From the NCBI GenBank assembly GCA_976226885.1, contig OZ320317.1, positions 38,564,001 through 38,628,000 on the forward strand: DNA of 64,000 nucleotides, read 5' to 3'. The notes under the pieces were generated by a model. That model was given only the letters and a program-made list of their open reading frames with translations. It was not told the origin of the DNA and searched no databases. Within the stretch, counting starts at the first letter, position 1. Each line of letters begins with the position of its first letter. The translations under genes were made by a program, and so were the position numbers. Origin of the DNA: Iphione sp. A-MEVVRFRX5 (taxonomy: Eukaryota). Shown here one piece after another: positions 34,701 to 47,800 of this stretch.

Positions 34701-37700
34701 CAATCTAGCTACCGACGTCGAAGTGTCCGTCCGTAGGTATGCATGTATGTCAGTCAGTGTATAATGATAGATTAGAGTGAGGCCAGTTGAAAGGAGTGGT
34801 GTGGATCACTCCCTGATGCTTTACGCGGTAGATGGGAACTGAGTTCAAATAACACCTGCCACTTTGCGATGGATATCATTGGAAAAGGCATGGTTGTCGC
34901 CTTATATGGTTTGGCATCGAGAGATTATGCTATGCTGGGAATAGAGCGGGAAATCATACTATATTATAGGCATAGAAAATCAGACCGAGAAATTACTATA
35001 TGACAACTATGAGAGAGGCAATGTAACATGATATTTGAGGAGTCATTTGTGTGTGTGTGTGGGGGCGAATGGGACCTAGGCGACTGGATTGAAATGAGCT
35101 GACTGAAGAAGACATTGTACTCATTTTCTGTCACCTTCTTGTTCCTCGTGAGCATGTGGCATAATTCTACAGTCGCCTGTGGAAAAAAAACGGGAGTCTA
35201 TTTTGGGTATGCTCCGCGCGGCCCTCTCCCTTCACCAAACGCCTTTTGCATTGCTCACCACCCTGCTCAGACCAGTCGTCTCCACATGTCCATCACCCCC
35301 CAAAGCAAATGTGCCACTAGTCTCTCTATGTTCTATAAAACACGTGACCAACTTGTATACAGGGATTACACGATGAGAACCCCTTCCATCGCCAGGGGCA
35401 GCACTGGGTGGGGTCTGGCGGTGGGCAAGCTGCGCTGGCCGCCGGAGGTACACGGAGTACGACAGGCACTGGTCCGGTTCATCAAATGGGCCTCGTTTGA
35501 AGGGTCCTCGACGCTCGGAACACCAATTTGCTAAGGCCGGCAACACAATCACACGAACAGCACGCTCGGGCATAACAGCGCCAGCTGCGTCAATCCTCGG
35601 CATTCAGTGATGGCTGTCTGGAGTATGGACAAACGTGCACAGACAGTCACATGACGAGCCACTCACGCGCCAAGCACGTGCTTACCAACGTTACGCAAAA
35701 CTTAACAGTCCCATACCACCACTTCTCCCGCTGCAACAGCCCAAGGCTTTTCTCAGTGCAGACAGACTAGCGCTCGCGGACATACTTGATATAAAGGACA
35801 CCAAAACGGGTCTGCTTTCAGTCCTGTAGGTGCCAGCTGGCCGTGTACATTACCCAAATGATTTACCACTCCATCACGTCTCCTAAAGTATTAAGAACAG
35901 GGCTTTAGTTTCATCCTGGAGAACTGATGTGGTTTATTGTAGATTTTGGTATTGCCTATACAATTCAGTGAGTACAGATTATGTCATGTTGACAATAATG
36001 GTCTCGTCACGTTCCCTGGTCATCTTTGAATGCCCATGAACAAAACCATTTAAGAATTTTCAGCCCTTGATAGACGTGCGCATTCCTATCGACAATATGA
36101 TTTAAAGGTTGGTTACAATTCATAAGCATATAGTTCCAATCTGAAATATGTGTTGATATGAATGACAGTAGGTTGACATGCATCGTATGGAAGGCTATTG
36201 ATAGTCCTCTGTGTAATACCTGTAAGCCTGTCTATACTTGACTTCAAGCGACCGTAGCGTGAATATTGCAGTTATAGTTGCCTTACAAGCCCAAGTCCTG
36301 GTACGCAGAACCGGTTGGGTGGAGTTTGGTAATGTCTACCGGTATTTTCCAAAATGTGCTGTATCGGAAAGGTGAGTTCCTTCAACAAAATTTATTTATT
36401 CATGTCACGTGTAACTACAAATGGCATCCAACGGATACTCAGCCCACTGGTTGTGCTTACATACTTGTTTAGTGGAAGACCAATAAATAATTGGTATATA
36501 GATTAAATAATTAATTTAGGGAACTCTTCACACGCATGTAGCTGTAGCTCTCTCCGTTCATTCTTCGAAGGAGAGCGTCACAAATTTAAAGGATTATATA
36601 AATAATGAACTGCTATCTATTGTGCTCTGTTAATGAATCTTACAGTGTGCACTTAGGATGAAGGGCGCCCTGAGGATTCTGTCATTCTATACGGAATACC
36701 GCAAACGATATGACGTGTCCAAGTTCCTGTCATACCGGAGGCTAGAAGATGATCCATGTACACCTTTCGCTGTATAGAGTTCACGTCACATCAGAAACCT
36801 TAGAAACCTTTGATCACTATTACCAGAAGATGTGCGAATCCGATACCGTTGCAGTGGCAACCAAAGAATCTCGGCAATGACGGGATTTGTGGAAGCGTCG
36901 TCAGCGTAACATTTCTTAATGAGGACTGGCGCCCGTTGACAGCCAAAGGTCACGTCTTGTACTTTGTAGAGATTCTTTATTCAAAATATCGAGTTATGTT
37001 GGTTGCTTAGTTCGCGGTATTATGTAAAGGTAAACACAGTTCAAATAGTAATTTGAAATTTGAACAACGGTCCATGCATCGTAACCGTACCATAGAGGGA
37101 TCATGAAAAGGACTTGACCAACTGACGCCAACCGGGCAATACCCAGACACAGATAAAGACACAAAGGCGAAATACGTCAAGAGGCCTATTTATAGCGACT
37201 GAGAGGAGATTGTTCGGGGTACTGTAAATAGATGATTGAAATATACAGTAGCAGGCGATAAAATGGATGTCGCGTGTATGGAAAAACACCGATAACTAAT
37301 TGCGTGCGTCACATAAATCTTGGCCTTAGACTCATTGTTAGGATTAGCGGCGTCGGAATCGAACAGGAGAGCAGTGGTGACCATTATCACACCATCTGCA
37401 TGTCATCTAAGAGAACTAGACACATGAAAGCTCTAGTGGATATCCCTTTGCTCTCAGTCTCCACTTACAAGGCACACCAGGTCTGCATGTATCATACCCT
37501 CCCTAGGCCCTTCAGGGGGGGCTTTGAGTGTATTTGTTAGGGTAAACAATCACCCCATAAACTTCCCAGTAACGGTGGCCCAGAGGCACACTACTCGTTT
37601 TGGAAGAGGTTGAACGAGTAACCGGCCGAGAAGTCCAACGGAGACAGTGGAATAGTCGGTGTTGTCCCTAAAGGATCTCAGACGTCGATAGATACTCTTA

Positions 37701-38002
37701 GACTTCAGTACCGCTGGTTCTCCTGCTCCAGTTGATAAAAATCACGAGAGGAAGGCATGGGTATCCTGATGAAAGGACTCATCAAAGGCAGATAACTCAC
37801 ACATGTCTGCGGCTATTGTAAAAGTAGAGGACAGTCAACGCCGACAGCGGACATTTACATTGTATTTTTCTGGTCCTATGAACGTGCAATCGAACATGCA
37901 GTACAACGTATATATACGTTTATATGTACAAATAGTTATGCTTATAGGGACTATGTTCATCAGTTCATATTCCGGATAAGTTATTATATCTGGCGTCCTT
38001 TT

Positions 38003-38013
38003 CTCTCTCTCTC

Positions 38014-38063
<50 letters not shown>

Positions 38064-38079
38064 TCTCCTCCCTCTCTCT
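38003..38079. repeat. (CT)n/(GA)n microsatellite with degenerate tail
   Basis: Near-perfect CT dinucleotide run of about 57 bp, followed by CT-rich sequence. Confidence 0.97.
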
Positions 38080-40384
38080 TGTATCACGCACTCTGTCTCG
38101 ATCTTTCTCTCTTCTTCCTTCCCCATGACTCCCTTGCCTTCAACCCGCTGCTTCTTTCTGCGTATCCTGTCTCATTCTCTCTGTCTGGTTATTACTGTGC
38201 CATTCTTTCTCCCAAACGTATAATGTGCTCGCATCTAAGTTCACTTGCGTTTTCACTACTATATCGTTGCCTTGTTTTCTGGTCACTTTATCTCCATTGA
38301 TATTGGTTTAGTTAGTCTGCATGCCTTTTTTAAAAAGGCTTTTTGATTCCCAGTGGCGAACATACGACTAGACTAAAGATATGGAAACTTGTGCATATGA
38401 CACATTTGTGTCTAACAACAGACTGGGGATGGCCAGCTTTTTTAAAATTAAGATTATTTAGTATTACTCAACAATAAGAGTTATAATGCTGACGTTAGAA
38501 TTTCTCATAGCATTACAGTGCAAAAGATTATGCTAGTTTGCTGTGGTTTACTCCCCTGTGAAATTGTGAGATCGGAAAATCAGACTTTACAGTATTGATA
38601 TAGATATTCATATAGAAGAGGAGGTTCTTTCTGTTCCCTGTCCACATCAGGAAACGCCCTGATTAAAGGTTTGTCTTGAATCAGGAATTATGCTGGATAT
38701 GATTAACCATACGTTCAATACCACCAGATAGCACTTTCGGTTACCGATTTCGACTGAATAATAGGCACAGCGCCTGATTGTTTAACAGCTGTGTCGGTAT
38801 TATCGATCTCCCTGTCTTCACTCGCGCCTGGAAGCAATTTATTTGCAGCTATGGCGTGGGAAGCGTAGTACCAGAATTATGGAAGTCTTGAATCATAAGG
38901 CAATAAAGCCAAGCAGGAAAGATAAGAACGTGTAATGCTCAATTTGCAACAGACCCTGAGCAGGGTAATGCACCTCTGGTACAAGGTAATATATTGCATC
39001 AAGCCTGATACACAATTTACCTTGGAATATGGTGATTCCTGATTTGCATTACACTTGAAGGAGAGTTATATGTCATTGGTACAAAGTAGGGTACTGTGTA
39101 AAACTTGCGTGTCTTACAAGAAGGTCTGATAGGTTATTTACAACGCACTTATTTACAACGCACTTAAGCCAGTGTAGCTTATCTCTGGTACTAAGTAAGG
39201 TATTCTGTTCAGCTTGATAGATGTTTCGGCTCGAACATCTCTGGCATTCAGACGTCCTGGAGCTCTTTGTTTTCTGAGAAATGTAGGTATAATCAGATTA
39301 ATGAGAAATGCTGCCATTTGGAGCAAAAGAATTGAAGAAGGGTACCCTATGCTAGAGAAACAAACCTAGGATCCCGAAACACAGTGGCCCTCTTTCCATA
39401 CACACGTGCTCTGTCACAGCTTTCGTTCCCAAATGCATGATCCTGCACCCTCCCAGACTGGACGAAGGGCTTTTTATGTACGTGTATGCATTAAAATAGC
39501 CAAGTAAACCCTTGTGGTCTATGTCGATAACTATGAATACTTTAAATGAACATAATTATCGTTCCTCTCAGATATGCATCCGTATGCTTCAAAACCAATC
39601 TCGATCAGCATCATGCTCGTACAGTCATGTAATGTCTAGGCACATGGGCAGGTACCTAGTTACCCGCCTTATGTTTGCAGTCCTGCATAAGTCGTACGTG
39701 CTGGACACGGGGCTAGTATGAACAGATGTGCATCTAGTAGGAAACGGACACCTATGTTTGGCTGCAGGCACAGCTCGAAGCATGGGCTCAAGTTTTACGA
39801 AGGGGCAGCTGTCTGCGTTCTCGGCTCGTCTTGAAGTGATATGATAGTGCAAGGTATTGCGATGCGGGGGTGTGGTGCCCTAATAGCCACCACGGGGAGA
39901 TAAATCATGTTGCTGGCAAGTACATTGTACCTAATTGACCTTTATGTAATCAAGTCTCGTTGCGTTACATTTTTACATATGATTTTCTTCTAGATATACC
40001 TCAGATTTATTAGTCAACGCTAGGCAGTTATTGGTCCCAGGTGTGGATTTTTCACAAAACAGCACGGCCGGACTTTTCGGTGGACATACAGCTCACAGCG
40101 TTTATCACAGGCCAATAATATCTCATTCATTGTAGCTCGTTTTCACGCCGATCACACAATTGCGTCTACAGCTAGTCGCAAGACACTCACGTTCATGTTG
40201 CCAGACTAAGTTGCATGTTTTGGCCCAAGTCATTTAGATCGAGTAGATAGATAGCCATCTTTTTGTTCGTACCAGGCTGTTTGTCATTTATGCTTATCTG
40301 CATCCATCTATCATTTATACAAATGGCTGTTTTATCTCTGTTTTCCAAATTTGGAAATGGGTTCATTTAGAATTTTGAACCTGA

Positions 40385-41872
40385 ATGGACAATGTAAAGT
40401 ATACACATTGTTTGGTCACCGGGGTGCGTACATTTTCCAAAATCAATGTGAAAGCCAAGGTGACAAGCAAGAGACTCAATGCCCTGAGAGCAATATCATC
40501 CTCAAACGGAGGAGCAAATCCCCGAGTCCTACGTGCAGTCTACCTTGGAGCCATTCGACCAATCCTAGAGTATGGAAGCCCAGCCCTCACAACAATCTGC
40601 AAGACAGCTGAGAAGAAGCTGGAACGACTACAGAACAGTGCATTGAGGACCATTCTGCGGCTGCCCCCATGGACCAACACAGATGCAATGAAGACAGAAA
40701 CAGACATACACCCACTACATATACGCCGACATACACTAACAGCAAACCTCATCTGCAAGAGCATGACACAAGACAGACACCCCCTACATCAGACAGTAAG
40801 AGAAGCACTAGAAACACCTCAGCACTGCACAACCTGGGCAAGCCAAGCAATAAAGATCTGTGGGCCCCTTCGCCCCCCAGAACTTGCACCTGAGCCCCAT
40901 GAGGAAACCCGGCCACCATGGACAGGAATCTTTATCAAGACCGAACTGCACAAGCCCTTCCAGAGGAAAATGGATGAGAATCCGAGCTCTATCCGAGATG
41001 CAGCCCTCCACCACATAGATGAGATAACCTCTCCGCGAGACCTTCAGTACTACACTGATGGATCTGTTATCCCGGGAGGACAAGCAGGCTGTGCCTATGT
41101 CTCACCACATGGAACCAGAGCCTTCAGAGTCTCAGACCACTCATCCACCATCCAGACAGAGCTTGCTGCAATCCTTAGGGCAGTGGAAGATTCAGCCACA
41201 CGCAACTACACCAGAGTTATAATCCACTCTGACTCACTAGGTGCCATTCAGAACCTACAGCAACACAGACCAAATGACAACATTCAACTAACTAACCAGA
41301 TCCATAGAATAGCAGAAACAGCAACGGCCAGGTACCTCATCAACTGGATCCCAAGCCATGTGGGAATACCTGGAAATGAGGCAGCAGACAAAGCGGCCAA
41401 GATAGGTGCCAGGAAACCACATGTTGACATCAACATCCCCATGAGCAAAAGACAGATCAAAACCAAGATCAGGCAACAAGCTATGGACCCATGGAATACA
41501 CAAACAGAAGCAAGTGCATCTGCAAAATGGAACAAGCAACTCCAAAATGGCAAGACAACACAAATAGACATTCCAGTCCCCTTCAGAACTTCAATTGCCA
41601 TGATGCGAACAAGAACAAGAACATATCGAGAGATAACAAGAGACTACACTTGTCCCAGATGCACATACCCAGTAAACCGGATGGTCATCCACTACTTGGC
41701 TGACTGCCCTGCCCTACAGAGAGAACGACAGAAGCTTCTGGAACACTTAAGTGAGCAGCTGCACACAGCCCCAGTAGATGACCTGGCACTGCACATCCTA
41801 AAGTCACAGTCCCTCAGGCACTACCAGGAACTGATTGCCTTCCTACGGAAGCACCCACTGCAGACTTGCTAA
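40385..41872 (+). CDS. Open 495-aa frame: 24 flank-derived residues fused to LINE ORF2 C-terminal half (post-RT region, RNase H, Cys/His knuckle)
   Basis: It contains IRPILEYG, LERLQNSALR, RNase H motifs YTDGS / QTELAAI / IHSDSLGA / WIPSHVGIPGNEAADKAAK with all four acidic residues present, and CPRC...HYLADCP. The RT catalytic YADD region is absent because of the truncation. Confidence 0.8.
   Translation: MDNVKYTHCLVTGVRTFSKINVKAKVTSKRLNALRAISSSNGGANPRVLRAVYLGAIRPILEYGSPALTTICKTAEKKLERLQNSALRTILRLPPWTNTDAMKTETDIHPLHIRRHTLTANLICKSMTQDRHPLHQTVREALETPQHCTTWASQAIKICGPLRPPELAPEPHEETRPPWTGIFIKTELHKPFQRKMDENPSSIRDAALHHIDEITSPRDLQYYTDGSVIPGGQAGCAYVSPHGTRAFRVSDHSSTIQTELAAILRAVEDSATRNYTRVIIHSDSLGAIQNLQQHRPNDNIQLTNQIHRIAETATARYLINWIPSHVGIPGNEAADKAAKIGARKPHVDINIPMSKRQIKTKIRQQAMDPWNTQTEASASAKWNKQLQNGKTTQIDIPVPFRTSIAMMRTRTRTYREITRDYTCPRCTYPVNRMVIHYLADCPALQRERQKLLEHLSEQLHTAPVDDLALHILKSQSLRHYQELIAFLRKHPLQTC
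40445..40457. repeat. Left target-site duplication of the LINE
   Basis: AATGTGAAAGCCA, identical to 41967-41979. Confidence 0.92.
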
Positions 41873-41966
41873 GCAATACTCCTCTGTAGACCAGGGGTGC
41901 CAGTTCTAAAGAACAGGGCACCTTCGACTGTCCAAGGACAGTCGAAAACAAAAGAAGAAGAAGAAG
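40458..41966 (+). mobile_element. 5'-truncated non-LTR retrotransposon with RNase H (I group, I/Nimb-like), recent insertion
   Basis: It is flanked by a perfect 13-bp TSD AATGTGAAAGCCA (40445-40457 and 41967-41979), has an uninterrupted ORF2 3' half, a short 3' UTR, and ends in a (GAA)n tail. Confidence 0.93.
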
Positions 41967-41979
41967 AATGTGAAAGCCA
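41967..41979. repeat. Right target-site duplication of the LINE
   Basis: AATGTGAAAGCCA directly after the (GAA)n tail. Confidence 0.92.
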
Positions 41980-44379
41980 GTTTCCTGTAGTAAAACCACA
42001 ACTTTTCAGATTAGCCCCAAATATCTTTTATTCTTACTTTAAATATATTTCTAAGCTTTCCATTCCTACATTGAAAGATAACATCACGTGTATCAAAATA
42101 CTGGTAAATAGAGTTGTAAATTCATTAACCGATATAATATCTACAAACCATAAGCATGCTACGCATAGGCATTTTGTTTACGCTACAATACCTCTTAGTG
42201 CCATCGTGCCACTACGTTGAGCCTGTGGCTTATGGATGCTGTTCCTCTAATGACTTTGTTCTGTCTGTTCCATCACCTTAGCCTTCTCAAAGAGAGAAGT
42301 GTCGACAAGCTCACGCTTCTAGCAGGAATTCAGCTTCAAAGTTCAGCGTGACGGAGAGGCACTGATATGAATACTTCACGTTTATATTCAACCTAGCTTG
42401 GACTTGAAATATACCCATGAGGCGATATATTTGTTCTTAAATAACACACTTAGCCTTCTGGTGGAAATTATTGGATATTTTCTTCAATGCAACCCGGTCT
42501 TAGATGCACATGGGCATGTATTCAAGAACAGTACCTGTAATTACTTGGATACGTTCTCTTTAGCCTCGAGTTACATCAAATGCAATTCATTATACACAAA
42601 TAAGACTTAATAGGACTATCAGCTGCTTACTGAAAGGTTACAATTAGCAGGATCCTTTCTGATCGGAGGTTAGTATCTGCCAGGGCGGGAGAGAATTATT
42701 GATAGTCTAGCCAGCAGTTACTAATGGGGAGAAAAAGGGCCCAATTGATCTGTCTGGTCCTACCTCATAGCTGGTCAATCATTTTCTTGCGAGTGATGAA
42801 ATTCCAAACCCATTTGGCCAGACAACACATTGTTAACGGTCATGACGGTTTATCTAGACGTACTGTACATGACACCTCAAGTTTAACACCAGGTTAGGTT
42901 GGCTCTCGACCGGCAGCTCCTATCGAGAGACAGTTATCTCACTTTCAAAGTGACTCATCTATTACCCTGATTGAACTATCAGTTGTTATTAAGCCGTTTT
43001 GCGTTATTGCACATTTGAAATGCGTGGTCCTGGCAGGGGAATGCCACCTTCTTAGGAGCTTCCTGGAAGAATAATTAAAACTAAATGAGCTTTATGGGAC
43101 AAAACGTGATGTCCTACTTTGTTCTATTTCAGCCGTATGGACCGGTAATGAGATAATCAGACACGAAGTAGATTATTTGGGCTATTGCCAGAAAACCCAT
43201 GACAAAAGACCCGGTAAGTGAAATACTCGAGGGGAAATAATTGTAATCGAAAGCTAAGAATTCCTCATCTGCAAACTCCCCGGAGTTAATTCCATAATGG
43301 ATGAAGCTTACATGGATTGCCCCTCCGAAGCAATGAAAGGAAAAATACATTTTCATGGGCGCCAAACTCCCCAGTTACATTTTAAGCTAAATCGATAGGT
43401 CTTGTTCTTACATCAATTAGCTAATGCTTTTACTTTATGGCGTTACTTTTTTCAGCCATGCTTGCGTGTGCAAAAAAAGTAATATTTACCACACCAGAGA
43501 CATTCACTTTCCAGCCAAGTGACTCCGGGACGTCTGCGGTTACTAGTTGTTTCGAAATATTCCACCCAAATAATACTATCTAGTGGATATTAATGCTAAC
43601 AAGGCCTACGTTTGGCATATGTCTTGGGGAATATATCACCAAGTGTACCTTGTTAGATTACAGTGCAATGACGGAATTCTAGTCGAATTTAGATAGAAGC
43701 AGTCTTCCCCAGGGAAATGTATTGCTGGAATTCTTAATGGTAACAAATCTCTCGCTATGTTCTCCAATAGCGACTTTTAACTGATGAATCACGCTTGCCG
43801 GAGGCAATACTCCCAGGGCAAATTTCAGAACTGAACGGAGTATACGGCATACCAACAAATAACTAGCAGGCGTTTGTGCGAGGGATCTGTTTTCGACCAA
43901 AGGCCCTCCTATTTGAATGCTCACATAGCTCATTCTTGTGCGGCATCTGTAGAGACGAGACATTCTTTCATAATTCGTATAAAAATTATTGGAGGAAATG
44001 GCCCCACCAGCGGAGGTCTATTTATCTCGGCTAGTCTCACGATCCCAAACTTATCTTTCACTGCAAAAAACTGTTTCGATGTTGGAATTAGATCTCACTG
44101 CAATCGTTGTCGGATCCCCTCATTGTTGGCATAGTCCCCCAGTTTTCGTTAGAAGACCATCTCAAATGCTTTCAATATCTAATTTTGTATGTAGAATTAC
44201 TTATCATTACGCGCTTGCATCACTCAGGCTCTACTTCCTGCTATAGCATGGCTTGCAACATATGGTATTTCCTGACGAATTGTATTGTCCGTAGTAGACG
44301 GCTGGGAGATGGACTGATTCAGGTTGGTACCTTGGCAGTTCTGACCTGGGAATTTATCAAAAGTCGAACTGGCCATCCT

Positions 44380-44830
44380 TATGGTTGGTGTGTAAACATG
44401 GTTAGCAGGAAGCGAGTCGGGTTGTGTCGGTGTGCTTTTAGCGCGGCGAATTATCTATCGGCACCGGACGGCTGCTAATGCTGGAGGTGTGTTCACATGA
44501 CGAGTTTGGTTACTCATGACCGCCGGCCATCCATCACTTTACACTCCGGCCTCGGCGCTCACCGGCCGCCTATGTTGCCAGCCCCCACTCAAAGTGTCTA
44601 CAAACACGCTAACCGGTTAGAACGACGGTAAGTATGGGGCGAGGCCACATAGGTCGCAGCGCGGCGAATTCTGCTTGGACACGCACCGTTACTTTAACAA
44701 TAATTGCTCCTATTTAGGAGCGGCCTTGCAAGGCTTTCCTGCGGGGGTGGATTCAGGGTATCAAAACATCATATCGCCTAGTCTGCCCGGTTTATTCCTG
44801 TGCTCACGCCGCTCCATGCTTCACATCAAA
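44380..44830. promoter_or_regulatory. CpG-dense patch containing a candidate first coding exon
   Basis: CpG-rich sequence with an ATG at 44497 open to a consensus GTAAGT donor at 44628. Confidence 0.4.
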
Positions 44831-47800
44831 ATTTCATTCACTGTAGCAGGTTGGGTTCTCCTATAGTGGCCTTGCATGTTGCAGTCAAAGGATAGTGAGG
44901 AGCTTGATTATAAATAGTGAGGTTGACTTTTTGTTTGAAAGAATGAATACCTGTGCAAATACTGGTTCAACCCCAGCAATTATTTGCAATATTAGTACGC
45001 TGCGTATTCATTAAGGTCAAGCAGGAAAGAGCATACTGTGGGTGGTCGATAGTCTATCAGCACAATTACAAGTAGCCTGGTTCAAAGGTAACCCCATCAA
45101 TAACCCTTGGAAGGCAACCATTTAAACACACCGACGAAACAGGAAAAGGGTACCTCAAGGAAAAACGGGGTAAGGAGCCTCGCGATAAGAGGGCAAATAG
45201 TAGATAGTGAGACTGGCTACCATGTGAAGAACTCGCAACCTACATGCTAATACTCAAATCAAAAGGAGATTCTTCAGGATAAATACATATTTATATTTAT
45301 ATAATATAATGGTGAACCAATATTCTATCCTGCTGTTTTTGAAAACAGGTACTGATGCCCGTATTGATAGAGGTTCAAATGGTGTCAGTATTGACAAAAG
45401 TCAGAGTAGTCAGCGTGTATTTACACGAGGCGCTGCTAGTATGATGGCCCTGCTGGTCTTTCAACAAATTGGTCGACCAATGTTCATCCTCATAGCGACG
45501 TTAAATGGGTATACATGTACTAGGTAAAATGTGGTTCAAAATTCTACATGGACACAATAAAGAGAATTAAAAATGACATTTAATGAGACTGTAGCATTCA
45601 GTTATCTACTGTACTATTCAGTTATCTACTGTAAAGTCATCACCATACAACTTCTACCAAGCCCCTAAAGCATTTTGCTGTGTCATAAATTACAACACAA
45701 GCAGAGCGACCCTACTTCCTTACGGCAAGCCATGGTTTAGCATACTTTCTCCTGAGGTACATCAATTAGCACTAACAACTTCTGCCTTAAAGATACTTAA
45801 CTTGTGGTTTTTGCGCTCACCGAGAAGCTCCTAAATTGCTTAGTTTTAACAAGATTTTACGAGGGCTGAGGTCTAACGCCTTTGAATATATGTAACATTT
45901 AATTCGGCACAGTGTAGCTTATTGATCAAGTTATCAGAGACATTTCATGACCTTCCCAATTTCGAGTATTCATGGTCAGATTCAAGTTGTAGGGAACCTC
46001 ATTGGCACCTCGTTCATCCCCTTCATTAAGAAAGAAAATGCAGGTACCGTTCAGCAGTGTCAACACTAACATTCTATCGAAGAATCTAAGCGAACAAGCC
46101 GAAACATTAAAGAAAGTACATATTTGTGTTTGCGCCTAATATGCGCTACGTTTTGTACAGGTTAGGCCTAACAGGCACTTGTTCACCCTTTAGTATTCGC
46201 CGATAATGCTACTCACTCTATGTGACTGCCTATTTAAAGAGCTGCTAATGTTATACTAATTAGACGAGGAACTCCACATAGTTGTATGCTGTTTCTGGCA
46301 ATCGATTAACTTTCACAATTCACCAGATAAGAAAGAGACATATAACAGCCAACATCCAATGACAGCTTACATTACATCTCGTAAGTCTGAAGCCCATTAC
46401 AGCACAACATATCGGGCAAGTCTGCCAGTTAGCCTCACAAATGTCAGGGGGAGCAGGTTTCTTCCACGCTCTCTTTGCAGGGCCATAGATATATTGAAGT
46501 GGTTGTCCCATAATAAATATATATCATACCGGCACTGTGGCGCAGGGGAACACTCGACCGCTCTTACGCATACAGAAATGGTACTTGGATCTAGTCTAAA
46601 TTGCAGTCTTGATCCATACCTCTATACTTTAATCGATATCCTAGGAGTGGCATCTTTTTTTGTTTGCAGCTATGTTTCTGTGTAGAACAAAAACACCTTC
46701 CACATCACAGAGAGTATATAAATTATAGAGACATATCTACATGCAGGTACCATTTCTACTCTCCATCATTCCCTCCACCATTCCACCTGCCACTCCCTGG
46801 GCCCCGGTCCTCATTATTCCAGTTCCCGGGAGCTTTATGCCAGTCATTCCTTCTTAGCAGCTCCATTTCGCCATATCAATTTCAGTTTTTCTCCTCCCAT
46901 TCTAGTAAGCTGTGGTTGAGTTTGCGGAGGTATCTCTCCTCGGCGCTGTGTTTGGTTCCTTGTTGTCCCTCTCACCCAAGTATACCATACCTGCTATGCA
47001 TGCCCTAGGGAGCTCCTCTTTCATGTGCAGACGGAGTCCGGACAATGCTGCCGATCCTCCCAAGCCTCCGAGGTCCAGATCACGTCCGACTACCCCACGC
47101 CCCTGTCCTTCTTGTCATACCAGCAGTTCTAGTACAACCCTCAACCCCCAAACCCTCCACCACCCACGGGGGTGGCGGTGGGGGAAGTGGAGGAAGCGAG
47201 CAGGAGCTGCTATTAGACGCTGACATTTTGTTTACAGGACGCCTGCAGTCAACATAGTATAAGGCACACGTAGATGGAAACCGCCTGGGTGGCCCTCGCC
47301 ATCGTCTGGCCACGATCAGTCCTGGCGCACGGCAAGCACATCTTACAGTTGATGTGAAGAGTCAGCAAGATCGCGCAGATGACCTCATACTAGTGCGGTC
47401 CACGGTGGAAAGTTAACGATTTCTCGCTCACTGCCAATTTAGGCCGATTTTTCTGTACAACTGCTCTGTTTATACATATGATATTTTTTCTAGGCGTTTC
47501 AGAGCATGTAAGCAGGGCGGATGAAACGCTGGGATCGCAGATAGCGAAGATAGGTGGTGGTGCAGCGATAAATTAGTTTTTCACAAGAATTGCATATTAC
47601 CTCTGAGGCTTTGTTTGGAAAACCGAAATAAATTGATTTTGTTATCGGATGAAGAGGGGCGGCTAGTTGGCACACACAAACAGACCACTTGTCAAGGCGG
47701 ATGTTATTGCAAACCTCTGATTGACACCTGTCGTGAAGGTCGAGTATTTCTGTAAATTTCCTTCTCGGGATACATGGCATGAACGTAAAAGAGGTAGATT

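Noticed and set aside
37801-37812. Minus-strand 12-nt (or 6-nt) microexon-like pattern with pyrimidine tract and GTGAGT
   Set aside because: No host gene context and no nearby UGC enhancer. Such short patterns arise by chance.
39135-45633. Short perfect tandem duplications (15 bp at 39135-39166, 20 bp at 45596-45633, several of 9-10 bp elsewhere)
   Set aside because: Ordinary slippage or repair duplications; no spacer-repeat array, so not CRISPR-like.
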